A program made the position numbers and the translations under genes. 64,000 nt of DNA from Bacillota bacterium. Its GTDB lineage: Bacteria > Bacillota > Clostridia > Acetivibrionales > DTU013. The notes below the pieces were generated by a model that saw only the letters and a list, made by a program, of their open reading frames with translations, was not told where the DNA came from and ran no database searches. Below, piece by piece: positions 31,074-41,212 of this stretch. The stretch is taken from contig JAEXNT010000001.1 in NCBI GenBank assembly GCA_023439545.1, forward strand, positions 8,827-72,826, read 5' to 3'. Every line of letters starts with the position of its first letter. The stretch's first letter is position 1.

Positions 31074-31246
31074 TTGCTGTGTATGAATATACATTCTGTT
31101 TGTTGTATTTGCACAAAAAAGACCTTCATTAAATTTTGATTAAAAGTGAAAAAATCGCTATCATATGTAAAAAAAAGAAGGTATAATTTTATTAAGCATT
31201 TTACTCAAGATACCCATTCAGTGTATATGCAAGGGTGTGAATTTTA

Positions 31247-32125
31247 TTGGATTTTTTCAACAACATTAACCTGCGCGACTTGTTCAACAACTTCGCCGGA
31301 TATATGGGCTTAAGTGATCCTGTTTACATAATCAAGGCTATTATCGATATCAGCATCGTTGCATGGGTCATATACAAGCTCACTATCATAGTCCGCGAAA
31401 CACGCGCATGGCAGCTGATCAAAGGTATCCTGCTCATCCTGCTCGCAACGGAACTGAGTAATGTGCTTGGCCTTAAAACAATAAATTTCATACTTCAGAA
31501 TATGATTCAGGTTTTAGCTCTGGGCGCTATCATTCTTTTTCAGCCCGAATTGAGAAGGGCTCTTGAAAAAATCGGAAGGAGCCGTTTTAAAAGCTTTATC
31601 AATTTTGATGAGGGAGCCAATACGAGGGTCCAGACTACGGCTGTCATAGAGGAGATCGTAAAAGCCTGTGTGGATATGTCGTCCAAGTACACGGGAGCCC
31701 TGATTGTCATCGAAAGAGATACGAAGATCGGCGATATAATAAATACCGGCACACAGCTCGAGTCGAATGTTTCGAGCGAGCTTCTGATCAACCTGTTCGT
31801 ACCTGACACCCCTTTGCACGACGGCGCCGTCGTAATAAGGGATAATAAGATAAAAGCGGCTGCCTGTTTCCTGCCGCTGACCGACAACCCGAACCTCAGC
31901 AAGGAACTCGGAACCAGGCATAGAGCTGCGTTGGGCATAACGGAGGTTTCCGACTGCATCGCTGTCGTTGTTTCCGAAGAATCGGGGAAAATATCGTTCG
32001 CGCTTAACGGAGGTCTGACCAGGAATCTTACGCCCGATACGCTGAGAAAGGCTCTTAACAAGAACCTTATCGAAAGTGAAAACAGCCCGAAGAAACTGGT
32101 TTTATGGAGGGGAAAAGCCAAGTGA
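31247..32125 (+). CDS. cdaA: Diadenylate cyclase CdaA
   Basis: Three N-terminal TM segments plus a DisA_N domain with the DGA and RHRAA motifs. Confidence 0.93.
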   Translation: MDFFNNINLRDLFNNFAGYMGLSDPVYIIKAIIDISIVAWVIYKLTIIVRETRAWQLIKGILLILLATELSNVLGLKTINFILQNMIQVLALGAIILFQPELRRALEKIGRSRFKSFINFDEGANTRVQTTAVIEEIVKACVDMSSKYTGALIVIERDTKIGDIINTGTQLESNVSSELLINLFVPDTPLHDGAVVIRDNKIKAAACFLPLTDNPNLSKELGTRHRAALGITEVSDCIAVVVSEESGKISFALNGGLTRNLTPDTLRKALNKNLIESENSPKKLVLWRGKAK

Positions 32126-33366
32126 GCAATTGGTTCAGGAAGGATCTGAAAATCAAAATAGTATCCGTTTTGATCGCTGTTTTTTTCTGGATCTATGTCT
32201 CGAACTACTATAACCCGTTCGTTTCCCAGACCTTTTACAATATACCCATAACTGTTGAAAATGCTAATTACCTTGAGCAAAACGGTTTCACAATGAAGAA
32301 TACGCTGCGTACCTATGTGGATATAACGATCCGGGGCAGAAAAGACGCAGTAAGCAAGGTGAGGGCGACAGATTTTCAGGCGTCGCTCGATTTATCACAG
32401 ATTAAGTCGGTGAATGCTACCAAATTGAATTTATCGGAGCCTATCTGTACGCAGAAGGACGTAGTCATAGAATCCTACAACCCGCAGCAGCTCGAAATCC
32501 AGCTTGCGAGGACCAAGGCCGATTCGTTCCCTGTTGAACTGAAGACAAATATAACCATGAAACCCGGCTATGTGTTAACCGGCACGTCCGTTTCGCCCGA
32601 GACGGTACTGATAAACAATGAAGAGTCGCTTATAGACAGTGTCGGCTCGGTAAAAGCAACTCTCGATATCAAGGATCTGGACAGGGATACTACCAGGCAG
32701 GTACAGTGCATCATCTATGACAAGAACAACAAGGAGATAAAAAGCCTGAGCAATGTCTTCAAGGTCACAGTCAAGGCTGAGGTTGCCAAACAGGTACCGG
32801 TTTCACTTGTGACGCGGGGCAGGCTTGCATCGGATTATGTTGAAACGCTCAGGGTCATAGATCCCGTGACGGTGCTTGTGACAGGCCCGGTTGAAACGTT
32901 GGCCGACCTTTCCGATATAAAGACGGAACAGGTGAGCATCGACAAACTAACCACCAATCTGACGACGTCGGCCTCTCTAGTCTTGCCCGAGGGCGTCAGG
33001 CTTGTTGATTCGCCTAAGGAAGCCACAGTGAGTATCGGCGTGGAAAAGCTCATAACAAAGGATCTGGAGCTTACCAACAACGACATCTCCATACTGAACG
33101 CCAATAATGACGGAACGCTGGCTTATAGAATAGTTCCTGAAAAGGTGCTGCTGCAGTTCAAAGGCAGGCAGTCGGATCTCAACGCCATCAGGGTTGATGC
33201 GTTGCGGCCGGCAGTCGATGTCGCCGGATTATCGGAGGGTACCCACAAGCTGCCCCTGAATATTTCAATGCCTTCCCAGGCAAAACTAGTAAAGCCGGTG
33301 GAGATTGAAGTCAAGATCGAGAAGAGTTTGGTGACTCCTCCGACCGATAATCTCCCCATACCGTAA
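32104..33366 (+). CDS. cdaR: CdaA regulator CdaR (YbbR-repeat protein)
   Basis: N-terminal TM segment followed by repeated YbbR-like beta modules. Canonical position after cdaA. The true start may be the GTG at 32122 (GGAGGGGA SD, GTGA overlap with the cdaA stop). Confidence 0.85.
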   Translation: MEGKSQVSNWFRKDLKIKIVSVLIAVFFWIYVSNYYNPFVSQTFYNIPITVENANYLEQNGFTMKNTLRTYVDITIRGRKDAVSKVRATDFQASLDLSQIKSVNATKLNLSEPICTQKDVVIESYNPQQLEIQLARTKADSFPVELKTNITMKPGYVLTGTSVSPETVLINNEESLIDSVGSVKATLDIKDLDRDTTRQVQCIIYDKNNKEIKSLSNVFKVTVKAEVAKQVPVSLVTRGRLASDYVETLRVIDPVTVLVTGPVETLADLSDIKTEQVSIDKLTTNLTTSASLVLPEGVRLVDSPKEATVSIGVEKLITKDLELTNNDISILNANNDGTLAYRIVPEKVLLQFKGRQSDLNAIRVDALRPAVDVAGLSEGTHKLPLNISMPSQAKLVKPVEIEVKIEKSLVTPPTDNLPIP

Positions 33367-33463
33367 TGACAGCAGACCGGTAGAAGTTGGGAGATAGAAA
33401 GCGTTTTCGATATGCAGTACGATACAGCCGGTAGATACAGGCTTGTTTAGTGTAGGTGTACAT

Positions 33464-35050
33464 ATGAAACTGATGATAACAGAACTGAGGCTACCATTCG
33501 AGCATGACATGGCTGAACTGAAGAGCCTGGCAGCCCGGAAGCTTGGCTTAAGCGTAACTGATTTTAAGACTTTCAGAATAATTAAAGAGGCGACAGACGC
33601 CAGAAGAAAACCCGACATAAGCCGGGTTTATTCCATTTTGGCGGAAATTCCTGACAGCCGGGGTTTTAGAAAAAGCGATAATATACGAGTAGTGCAGGAT
33701 GAACCGGAGGAACCTGTAACGCCCGGAAGTGTGAAGCTTTCGGGAAGGCCTGTTGTCGTGGGGAGCGGACCCGCGGGGGTTTTCGCAGCGCTAACCCTGG
33801 CAGGCGCAGGCTACAGGCCAATAGTACTTGAACGCGGAATGGCAGTGGAGGACAGGGCTGCGCTCGTCGAAAATTACTGGAAGCACGGAGTATTAGACCC
33901 CGAATGCAACGTACAGTTCGGAGAGGGCGGAGCGGGCACTTTTTCAGACGGCAAGCTTACGACAAGGATAAACGACCGCCGGTGCGACGGCGTTTTAAGG
34001 CAGTACTACGAAGCGGGCGCACCCGAGGACATATTGTACAAGGCAAAGCCGCATATCGGCTCGGACAGGCTCAGACTGGTAGTGGCGAATATGAGGCGCA
34101 AGCTCATCGGGCTCGGAGGAGAGATAAGATTCGGCGCAAAGGTGACTTCTCTGACAATCCGTAGCGGACGAGTCACCGGGGTCACTGTAAACGGAACCGA
34201 GGAGATAGAGGCCGGAGTCGTAGTGCTCGCTATAGGTCACAGCGCCAGGGACACCTTCTCCTCGCTCCTGCAGGGCGGTGTGACCATGGTGCGCAAACCT
34301 TTTTCGATAGGAGTCAGGATCGAGCATCCGCAGGAGATGATAAACCGATCCCAGTATGGCAGGCCTGACGCCGCTGCGATACTGGGGGCTGCCGACTACC
34401 AGCTGTTCTACAAGACCGGGGGAAGGACGGCTTATTCCTTCTGTATGTGCCCCGGCGGGGTGGTTGTGGCGTCGGCCTCAGAGCCCGGTACTATCGTAAC
34501 GAACGGTATGAGCTACCTGGCAAGGGACAGGGAGAACGCAAACAGCGCTTTCGTGGTTTCCGTTGAGCCCGGGGATTTCGATGGCAGCAATGTATTGGCC
34601 GGCGTCGAGTTCCAGCGCAGGTGGGAAAGAGAGGCTTATCTGGCGGGCGGCGGTATGGGAGCAGCCCCTGTACAGAGGCTCGGAGATTTTATAGAGGGCA
34701 GGGCATCAGCTTCCTTGGGAAGCGTAAAACCAAGCTATACCGGCAAGGTGGAATTGGCAGACCTGAATTCGTGTCTTCCGCGGTTTGTCACGGAGGCGAT
34801 GAAAGAGGCTGTCCCGTATTTCGAGCGCAGGATGAGGGGCTTCTCGAACGGCGACGCAGTGCTTACCGGAGTTGAGACAAGAACCTCTTCTCCCGTCAGA
34901 ATGACGAGGGGCGATTCACTCGAAGCGGTCGGCATCGCAGGTCTATACCCGGCAGGCGAGGGCGCAGGTTACGCAGGCGGCATTATCAGCGCCGCTGTAG
35001 ACGGGATGCGAGCCGGGGAGCAGATCATCCGGATCTATGCGCAACCGTAG
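33464..35050 (+). CDS. FAD-dependent oxidoreductase (COG2509-like)
   Basis: VVVGSGPAGVFAAL dinucleotide-binding motif. Length and C-terminus are typical of the uncharacterised FAD-dependent dehydrogenase family. Confidence 0.8.
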   Translation: MKLMITELRLPFEHDMAELKSLAARKLGLSVTDFKTFRIIKEATDARRKPDISRVYSILAEIPDSRGFRKSDNIRVVQDEPEEPVTPGSVKLSGRPVVVGSGPAGVFAALTLAGAGYRPIVLERGMAVEDRAALVENYWKHGVLDPECNVQFGEGGAGTFSDGKLTTRINDRRCDGVLRQYYEAGAPEDILYKAKPHIGSDRLRLVVANMRRKLIGLGGEIRFGAKVTSLTIRSGRVTGVTVNGTEEIEAGVVVLAIGHSARDTFSSLLQGGVTMVRKPFSIGVRIEHPQEMINRSQYGRPDAAAILGAADYQLFYKTGGRTAYSFCMCPGGVVVASASEPGTIVTNGMSYLARDRENANSAFVVSVEPGDFDGSNVLAGVEFQRRWEREAYLAGGGMGAAPVQRLGDFIEGRASASLGSVKPSYTGKVELADLNSCLPRFVTEAMKEAVPYFERRMRGFSNGDAVLTGVETRTSSPVRMTRGDSLEAVGIAGLYPAGEGAGYAGGIISAAVDGMRAGEQIIRIYAQP

Positions 35051-35078
35051 GCCCTATTTGTTTAGCAGGAGTCAGTTC

Positions 35079-36476
35079 ATGAAAAAAATTAGTTTTCTGA
35101 TCCCAGTCATATTACTTGCCGTACTCGCCGTAACAGCCCTTGTTACTGCCGGGTTGCGGCTGCATGCGGATACTGTATATGAATCCGATCCAGGCGCCGG
35201 GGCAGCGCAAGCTACAGGCCAAACCACAGGCCAAACCACAGGCCAAACCACAGCCCAAACCAATTTGCCAACTACGGCACAGAATTTAACTAGTCATAAC
35301 ACCGACGCCGATACAGTCACTATAAACGGTATCATGGTAAACCGCAAAAAGCTGATAGACAATCTCGACAAGACGACCGACGAAACAGTAAGTTACGTAT
35401 ACAACCAATCGCCGGATAACATAACGATAGGAGATGTTTATGAAGGCAGCTTTTCCGATACCGGAAATCCCGAACTGCTAATTATCTTCAAGCTCCTCGG
35501 GATGCCTCACGCAGGCGGCCTGGATTGCTCGGTCGCAGCGCTGTATGATAAAAACACTCTGGAGCTGATTTCGCAAAAGACCTTCCCTTACGACGACTGC
35601 AGCTTTGCCGTACATAAGGATAATAAACTACAGGGCTATCTCCTCTTTGTCGGCTCGACAACGTACCAGGGGCGCAGCCAGTATATTTTGCAGCTGTTAA
35701 AACCCGGCAAGTCCTGGGGAAAGGTGTACTCCGCCGAACCTCCGGTAATCAGCGAGCTGATCGACGACGAAAACAATATCAGATTCGAACTGAAGGACGA
35801 CGGCAGTGTCTGGGTCTTCAAGCCCGTTTCCTTTGACGGGGAGTCGCAGCAATTCAATTGGCGGCATGTTTACAACCTCGTTTGGAATAATGATACCTGT
35901 ACTCTCGAAGAGGCAGTGCCGAAGACATACAGAGACGCCGGCGGCAATATGGACGTTGACGCCGTTTCCATTTCTCCCGACGGCAGATATGCAATTTCTG
36001 TCATGCCCGAAAGCTTCAGGGCGCTTGTTTACGATACGGGAAAAAACATACTGGCGGGAGAATTTGATATGTTGGCGCAGGAATATGGATTCCTTTGGTC
36101 AACCGACAATAAAAAGGTCTGTGTGACCAGGGCGGCCAGAGAATGGATCGAATGCAGTATTATAGACGCCGTATCGCTGAAATCGGCCGATATAACCTCC
36201 GGGGAAGTGATCGACGCAATCAAGGACAGCGGTATAAAGCTTGGATACAAACTGAACGACAGCCGTCCCGATCCGTATATCGCCCCCATAGAATGGTCTC
36301 CCGACGGGCAAAAAATACTCATGTCCTACCAGTGGACGGATACCGGTTATAACAGGCAGAATGGGACCTTCGTATATGATATTGCCTCCGGAACGATCTC
36401 GCGTATAACCGTAAACAAGGCGGACACAGAAGGCGGTAACCTGCCGGTTGCCAAGCCGAAGGATTTCAAGTGGTGA
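35079..36476 (+). CDS. Hypothetical membrane-anchored protein with a TGQT repeat and beta-propeller-like C-terminus
   Basis: AGGAG SD. N-terminal TM anchor. (TGQT)3 repeat. SPDGRY and WSPDGQK motifs reminiscent of TolB/WD40-like blades. Confidence 0.7.
   Translation: MKKISFLIPVILLAVLAVTALVTAGLRLHADTVYESDPGAGAAQATGQTTGQTTGQTTAQTNLPTTAQNLTSHNTDADTVTINGIMVNRKKLIDNLDKTTDETVSYVYNQSPDNITIGDVYEGSFSDTGNPELLIIFKLLGMPHAGGLDCSVAALYDKNTLELISQKTFPYDDCSFAVHKDNKLQGYLLFVGSTTYQGRSQYILQLLKPGKSWGKVYSAEPPVISELIDDENNIRFELKDDGSVWVFKPVSFDGESQQFNWRHVYNLVWNNDTCTLEEAVPKTYRDAGGNMDVDAVSISPDGRYAISVMPESFRALVYDTGKNILAGEFDMLAQEYGFLWSTDNKKVCVTRAAREWIECSIIDAVSLKSADITSGEVIDAIKDSGIKLGYKLNDSRPDPYIAPIEWSPDGQKILMSYQWTDTGYNRQNGTFVYDIASGTISRITVNKADTEGGNLPVAKPKDFKW
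35215..35262 (+). repeat. 4 x 12-nt in-frame tandem repeat (acaggccaaacc)
   Basis: Read directly. Encodes TGQTTGQTTGQTTAQT. Confidence 0.9.
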
Positions 36477-36659
36477 ATCGCCGTTTTTAGTTAAAATAGT
36501 ATTTCTCATTGATTGATACTGGTAATTTTTTACCAAAACTGTTGAGTAAGGTCAACCAAAAAGGTATAATTGTTACTGGTGTGCTCAAACATGTGAGATC
36601 AGAAGCTTGGTGACAGAGTACATAAATAAGGCAGGAGCTTTAATTCAGGGGGATTATTG

Positions 36660-38009
36660 ATGGCAAGACTTTTCGGTACGGATGGGGTCAGAGGCGTCGC
36701 CAATTCCGAGCTTACGGCGCAGCTGGCATATAGATTGGGCCAGGCCGGCGCATACATACTGGCGGGTGAAACAAAACATACTCCCAAGATACTGGTCGGG
36801 ATGGATACCAGGATTTCGGGCCACATGCTTGAGGCGGCTCTTGTGGCGGGGATATGCTCCGTCGGCGCTCAGGCGGTGTGCCTCGACGTAATACCGACTC
36901 CCGCGGTAGCCTTTTTGACAAGGCTGTATAAAGCGGATGCAGGCGTTATGATTTCCGCATCCCACAATCCATATGAATTCAACGGAATAAAATTCTTCGA
37001 TTCCAGGGGATACAAACTGCCCGACAGTATCGAGGACAGGATAGAAGAACTGATAAAAAACGGGCAGGACTCCATTCCTCTGCCGACGGGCGAGAGGGTT
37101 GGCAGGAAAAGCAACGGGGAAAACGCTCTCAGGGATTATATCGATTTTCTCAAGGGAACGATTGATAGTGACCTGAAAGGGCTGAAAATAGCTATCGACT
37201 GTGCAAACGGGGCTTCTTGCAAGGCGGCGCCTGCGGTGTTTTCAGAGCTGGGAGCCGAGGTTTGCGTAATACACAATTCTCCGGATGGAATAAATATAAA
37301 CCACAATTGCGGTTCCACGCATATATCCTCGTTGAAGGAGCATGTCAAGGCCTGCGGCGCCGATATAGGGTTTGCTTTCGACGGGGATGCGGACAGGGTT
37401 TTGGCTGTGGATGAAAACGGTCAGCTTGTCGACGGCGATCAGGCCATGGCCATAATAGGCCTGGCTCTGAAGGAAAACGGACGCCTCGTAAACGATACCA
37501 TAGTTGCGACGGTAATGAGCAATCTCGGCTTTGATATAATGGCCCAGAACAACGGCCTCAAACTGGTAAAGACGAAGGTTGGCGACCGCTATGTGCTTGA
37601 AGAGATGCTTGAAAAGGGCTATATCCTTGGCGGAGAACAATCCGGCCACGTAATATTCCTCAAGCATAATACGACAGGCGACGGCCTTTTGACTGCGCTT
37701 CAATTGCTGGCTGTCCTGAAGGCGTCGGGTAAAAAGCTGTCGGAGCTGGCATCGGTTATGAAGGTGCTGCCCCAGGTATTGAAAAATGCGAGGGTCAGGA
37801 ATGAAAACAAACACAGCTATATGGAAGATGAAGTAATTGCGAAGCTGTGCCGTGAGCTCGAGGATGAATTCCACGGAGAGGGCAGGGTGCTCATCAGGCC
37901 GTCAGGCACAGAGCCGCTCGTGCGAGTCATGATCGAAGGCGGCGACAAGGAGTACATAACGAAGAGAGCCGCCGAATTAGCGGAGGTAATAGAAAAGAGG
38001 TTGGGCTGA
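36660..38009 (+). CDS. glmM: Phosphoglucosamine mutase
   Basis: FGTDGVRG and active-site SASHNP. ATG at 36660 lies 7 nt after AGGGGGA. Confidence 0.95.
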   Translation: MARLFGTDGVRGVANSELTAQLAYRLGQAGAYILAGETKHTPKILVGMDTRISGHMLEAALVAGICSVGAQAVCLDVIPTPAVAFLTRLYKADAGVMISASHNPYEFNGIKFFDSRGYKLPDSIEDRIEELIKNGQDSIPLPTGERVGRKSNGENALRDYIDFLKGTIDSDLKGLKIAIDCANGASCKAAPAVFSELGAEVCVIHNSPDGININHNCGSTHISSLKEHVKACGADIGFAFDGDADRVLAVDENGQLVDGDQAMAIIGLALKENGRLVNDTIVATVMSNLGFDIMAQNNGLKLVKTKVGDRYVLEEMLEKGYILGGEQSGHVIFLKHNTTGDGLLTALQLLAVLKASGKKLSELASVMKVLPQVLKNARVRNENKHSYMEDEVIAKLCRELEDEFHGEGRVLIRPSGTEPLVRVMIEGGDKEYITKRAAELAEVIEKRLG

Positions 38010-38041
38010 GGCTTGATTCTCATTTGATATAAGCATGATAC

Positions 38042-38069
38042 GAGGCAGGTCACCCTGCCTCTTTGCTTT
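38042..38069 (+). terminator. Intrinsic terminator after glmM
   Basis: gaggcagg / cctgcctc stem, 4-nt loop, tttgcttt. Confidence 0.85.
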
Positions 38070-38114
38070 ATAGTGCCTATATTTGCTTTATTCCGGCAGG
38101 CAATTCTCCCTCCG

Positions 38115-38774
38115 CTATCTCCTCGCGACAAGCTCGCCGTTGTTCTTCAGTATGTGGTTCTCAGGCACGCAGCCTCTCACAGGTGTGAGCGGGTACACGA
38201 TGCTGTTCCTGCCGATGACCGTGCCGGGATTGAGCACGGAATTACAGCCGACCTCCGAATTGTCTCCCACCATGGCGCCGAATTTGCGCAGGCCTGTCTC
38301 GATGCAATCCTCGCCGGCCTTAACATTGACGCTCGTGCCGTTGGATTTCAGGTTGGAGCAGATGACGCCTGCGCCGAGGTGGGATTTGTAACCGAGGATC
38401 GAATCTCCGACGTAGTTGAAGTGCGGTACCTGGACCCTGTTAAAAAGCAGAGAGTTCTTCAGTTCGGTCGAATTGCCTATGGTAACTTCATTTCCGAGGA
38501 TCACGTTTTCACGTATAAAGGCGCATTGCCGCAATTCGCAGTTGTAGCCTATGATAGAGGGGCCCTTTATCAATACTGTTTTTTCTATCGTCGTACCCTT
38601 TCCGACCCAGACGAATTCTTCAATCCTCTCAAAATCAGAGGGCAGCGTTTCTGCAAATTCCAGCAGGAAGGTCTTTATTTTCGGCAGCGCCTCCCAGGGG
38701 TACTGCAGGCCATCAAATATCGACCTTTCGTAGCATTCGTCAAGATTGTACAAGTTTTCTATAGTCAGATTCAT
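38115..38774 (-). CDS. Left-handed beta-helix (hexapeptide-repeat) transferase, GlmU C-terminal-domain-like
   Basis: Regular hexapeptide periodicity (IIGYNCELRQCAFIRENVILGNEVTIGNSTELKNSLL ... VGDSILGYKSHLGAGVI ... VGDNSEVGCNSVLNPGTVIG). GAAAGGA SD ahead of the ATG at 38774. Confidence 0.8.
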   Translation of the reverse strand: MNLTIENLYNLDECYERSIFDGLQYPWEALPKIKTFLLEFAETLPSDFERIEEFVWVGKGTTIEKTVLIKGPSIIGYNCELRQCAFIRENVILGNEVTIGNSTELKNSLLFNRVQVPHFNYVGDSILGYKSHLGAGVICSNLKSNGTSVNVKAGEDCIETGLRKFGAMVGDNSEVGCNSVLNPGTVIGRNSIVYPLTPVRGCVPENHILKNNGELVARR

Positions 38775-38896
38775 TTCAAATTTTCCTTTCGGCTTATTGC
38801 GTTTAAGGTTATTGTTCAGGGCTATGGCATTCATAACTTATAGCCACCGGCTTGCTATAGCTGTTCGTTATTAAGAATATAATATAACATTTCTTG

Positions 38897-39634
38897 CTAT
38901 TCCGACAGCATTAATTCATTCAGCATTTTTTCCTTGTTGTTTATAAAGGCCTTCATGATCTGAAAATGCTCGGTTTCCTCATACTTGACCCTTTTGATGC
39001 AATCTGTGATCTCATAAATGTATGAATCGGGGTAAGCCATTATAATTGGGGAGTGCGTTGCTATTATGAACTGGGATTCCAGGTTTATCAAATCATGCAT
39101 GCGCGCGACCAGCGACATCTGCCTCGACGGCGACAGCGCGGCCTCCGGCTCATCCAGGATGTACAGGCCCTTCCCGCGAAGCCTGTTTTGGAACAGTGCG
39201 AAAAAGGATTCCCCATGTGACTGCTCATGCAGAGAAACCCCGCCATATGCGTTTAAGATTGCGCCGGTACCGGCGTCCAGCTCTTCTATATTCGAAGCTA
39301 CGTTATAAAAGCTTTCAGCCCTCAGAAAATAACCGTCGCGCGGCTTTTTACAGCCCTTTATTATTTTTATAGCCTGGTACAGGCTGGAATGGGATTCCGT
39401 CGTCGAAAAGTTGAAATTCCTCGATCCGCCTTCCGGGTTAAAGCCGTATGCAGTCGCAATGGCCTCAAGTATGGTGGATTTCCCTGTGCCGTTCTCGCCT
39501 ACGAAATAGGTGACTTTAGGGTGCAGTTCGATTCCATCCAGTGACCTGACCGCGGACAGGCTGAATGGATATTTACCTGAATCGGCAATTGCTTCTCTTT
39601 TCAAACCAATGCTTTTTATGTATTGCTCCGTCAT
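38897..39634 (-). CDS. Stand-alone ABC-like AAA ATPase (COG3910-like, about 245 aa)
   Basis: Walker A GENGTGKST, Walker B LYILDEPEAALSP, and an H-loop-like ATHSP. No TM or partner domain. Confidence 0.85.
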   Translation of the reverse strand: MTEQYIKSIGLKREAIADSGKYPFSLSAVRSLDGIELHPKVTYFVGENGTGKSTILEAIATAYGFNPEGGSRNFNFSTTESHSSLYQAIKIIKGCKKPRDGYFLRAESFYNVASNIEELDAGTGAILNAYGGVSLHEQSHGESFFALFQNRLRGKGLYILDEPEAALSPSRQMSLVARMHDLINLESQFIIATHSPIIMAYPDSYIYEITDCIKRVKYEETEHFQIMKAFINNKEKMLNELMLSE

Positions 39635-39727
39635 AATCAAGCCCTCTTCCGACATCAGTATTTTATCATAATGCAGTGCTTTTTCACACCTGGAGAAAAT
39701 ATTTGGAAATTTTTAAACATTTTTAAA

Positions 39728-39757
39728 TTGACAATTTGCTTTATTTTTGAATATACT
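39728..39757 (+). promoter_or_regulatory. Candidate sigma-A promoter of the glmS leader (TTGACA-18-TATACT)
   Basis: TTGACA at 39728-39733 and TATACT at 39752-39757, about 65 nt upstream of the ribozyme cleavage site. Confidence 0.55.
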
Positions 39758-39824
39758 AAAAGTGTAGAATTTGAATCAGGATTCATTACCCGGAAAGTGA
39801 GGGTTGCTTAAAGGGTAAAAGAAA

Positions 39825-40035
39825 AGCGCCAGGATGCGCCTGAATTGTGATGTGCAGTGAAATAGCTGCCGTTGCCGGAAAACCCGGTAAAATCATGAAA
39901 TGGTGTGTCGACGAGGGGAAGGAGGTCACGGTTCCTGTATTCCGGGGGCTGTGAGTTATCGAAAGATTCGGCGGAAACCTTCCGGTTGGCTACGATCGCA
40001 GAGCTCTAACAAAAACTGCAGGTAACTGCAAAACA
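39825..40035 (+). ncRNA. glmS leader: glmS ribozyme (GlcN6P-activated)
   Basis: Conserved core blocks occur in order: A|GCGCCAGG..GCGCCUG, GUCGACGAGG, GGAAGGAGG, UUAUCGAAAGAUUCGGCGGAAACCUUCC. There are extra hairpins between blocks. The 3' boundary is approximate. Confidence 0.85.
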
Positions 40036-40540
40036 AATAGAGTTCACGTAGCAGTCCTGTTTATATCTAGTCAAATTCTAAATTTTAAAAATTAATAATG
40101 GAAATGAACCCCCTGGACGAGTAGAAGCGCCATAGGCTTTTTAGTCGTGTGCGGGCATACCGGAGCTATTGGAGGATACCTGACGTGAGGCCCTGTTGGC
40201 AGTAGCGCATTGATTGCGCCGGACTCGCGGCTCCGTATTGTTAGCGTATGATTGGCTGCTCCATATCGGAGGCTGTCTATGTTGGCGGCATCGTTTGGCA
40301 GCTCAGTATCGATTTCGCAGGGCTGGCGGCTTTATATCGGCCGCCATTGATTGGCGGTGCCGAATGCATCAGTCCATGCCGAGCTTTTGCTTAATACAAA
40401 TATTTGCGCTGCCTCTTTACCTGTGCGATACGGGTATTACCGGCATAACTATGTAATATCGCTGCCACGGGGCACTAAGGCCGCACAGCGCCCGCGCTTA
40501 CCCGGACCCGTTCAGATCCATTTCCGACGAAAGGTAAACC

Positions 40541-41212
40541 ATGAAAAGGAAAACGGTTATTTTTGACAATGACGGCGTGCTTTTCAGGACGGAAACCGTC
40601 GATATAACGGCAATCAACAAAGCCTTGGTATTGCACGGCTTTACGGAAAAAAGCCCGGAGTTCATTTTAGACTGCATCGGTATTACGATGAGAGAAATGT
40701 GCGACAGGTTCGGCATAACCGATCCCGATATAAAGGAAAGGTTCCTCGAGGATGCAGCACGTTTCGAACAGGGCGAAATAGCGCAAAACGGCCTTATGTA
40801 CGAAGGAGCGCCGGAATTTATCAAGAGGCTTAAGAAAAAGGGGTATACGGTCTGCCTTTGCTCAAACGGGTCGTATAGCTATGTAAATGGTATCATGGGC
40901 AAATTCGGGCTGTTGAAGGTGTTCGACGAGATATGGGCGCATAAGGAAGGCTATAGCAAAGCACAGGCTGTAGCGCGTCTGGCGGAGAAATACTCGGACG
41001 GATGTTTTGTAATGGTCGGAGACAGGAGCATCGACATCGACGCAGGCAGGGACAGCGGCGCGATCACGGTAGGTACGTTATATGGCTTCGGCGGAAACGA
41101 ACCGTACGCGGCGGATTACACTGCCGGCAGCATTGCCGGGCTGGAACGGGTTATTTACAGTATTTTTGAAAAGGAATTTGATGTGAAGGAGAGTCTGTTA
41201 TGTGTGGAATAG
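40541..41212 (+). CDS. HAD-IA family phosphatase
   Basis: FDNDGVLF (DxDG), CSNGS and GDRSIDIDAG motifs. Overlaps the glmS start by 13 nt. Confidence 0.85.
   Translation: MKRKTVIFDNDGVLFRTETVDITAINKALVLHGFTEKSPEFILDCIGITMREMCDRFGITDPDIKERFLEDAARFEQGEIAQNGLMYEGAPEFIKRLKKKGYTVCLCSNGSYSYVNGIMGKFGLLKVFDEIWAHKEGYSKAQAVARLAEKYSDGCFVMVGDRSIDIDAGRDSGAITVGTLYGFGGNEPYAADYTAGSIAGLERVIYSIFEKEFDVKESLLCVE

Noticed and set aside
38073-38843. 256-aa plus-strand ORF overlapping the hexapeptide-transferase gene
   Set aside because: The minus-strand frame shows clean hexapeptide periodicity, an SD and a sensible length. The plus-strand product has no motifs and is a mirror artefact of the repeat-rich gene.
40214-40456. 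80-aa plus-strand ORF in the ribozyme-to-HAD spacer
   Set aside because: It has no SD, and its composition is Arg/Cys/Trp-rich, as expected from a random GC-rich frame. I treated it as non-coding structured RNA or possible gene debris instead.
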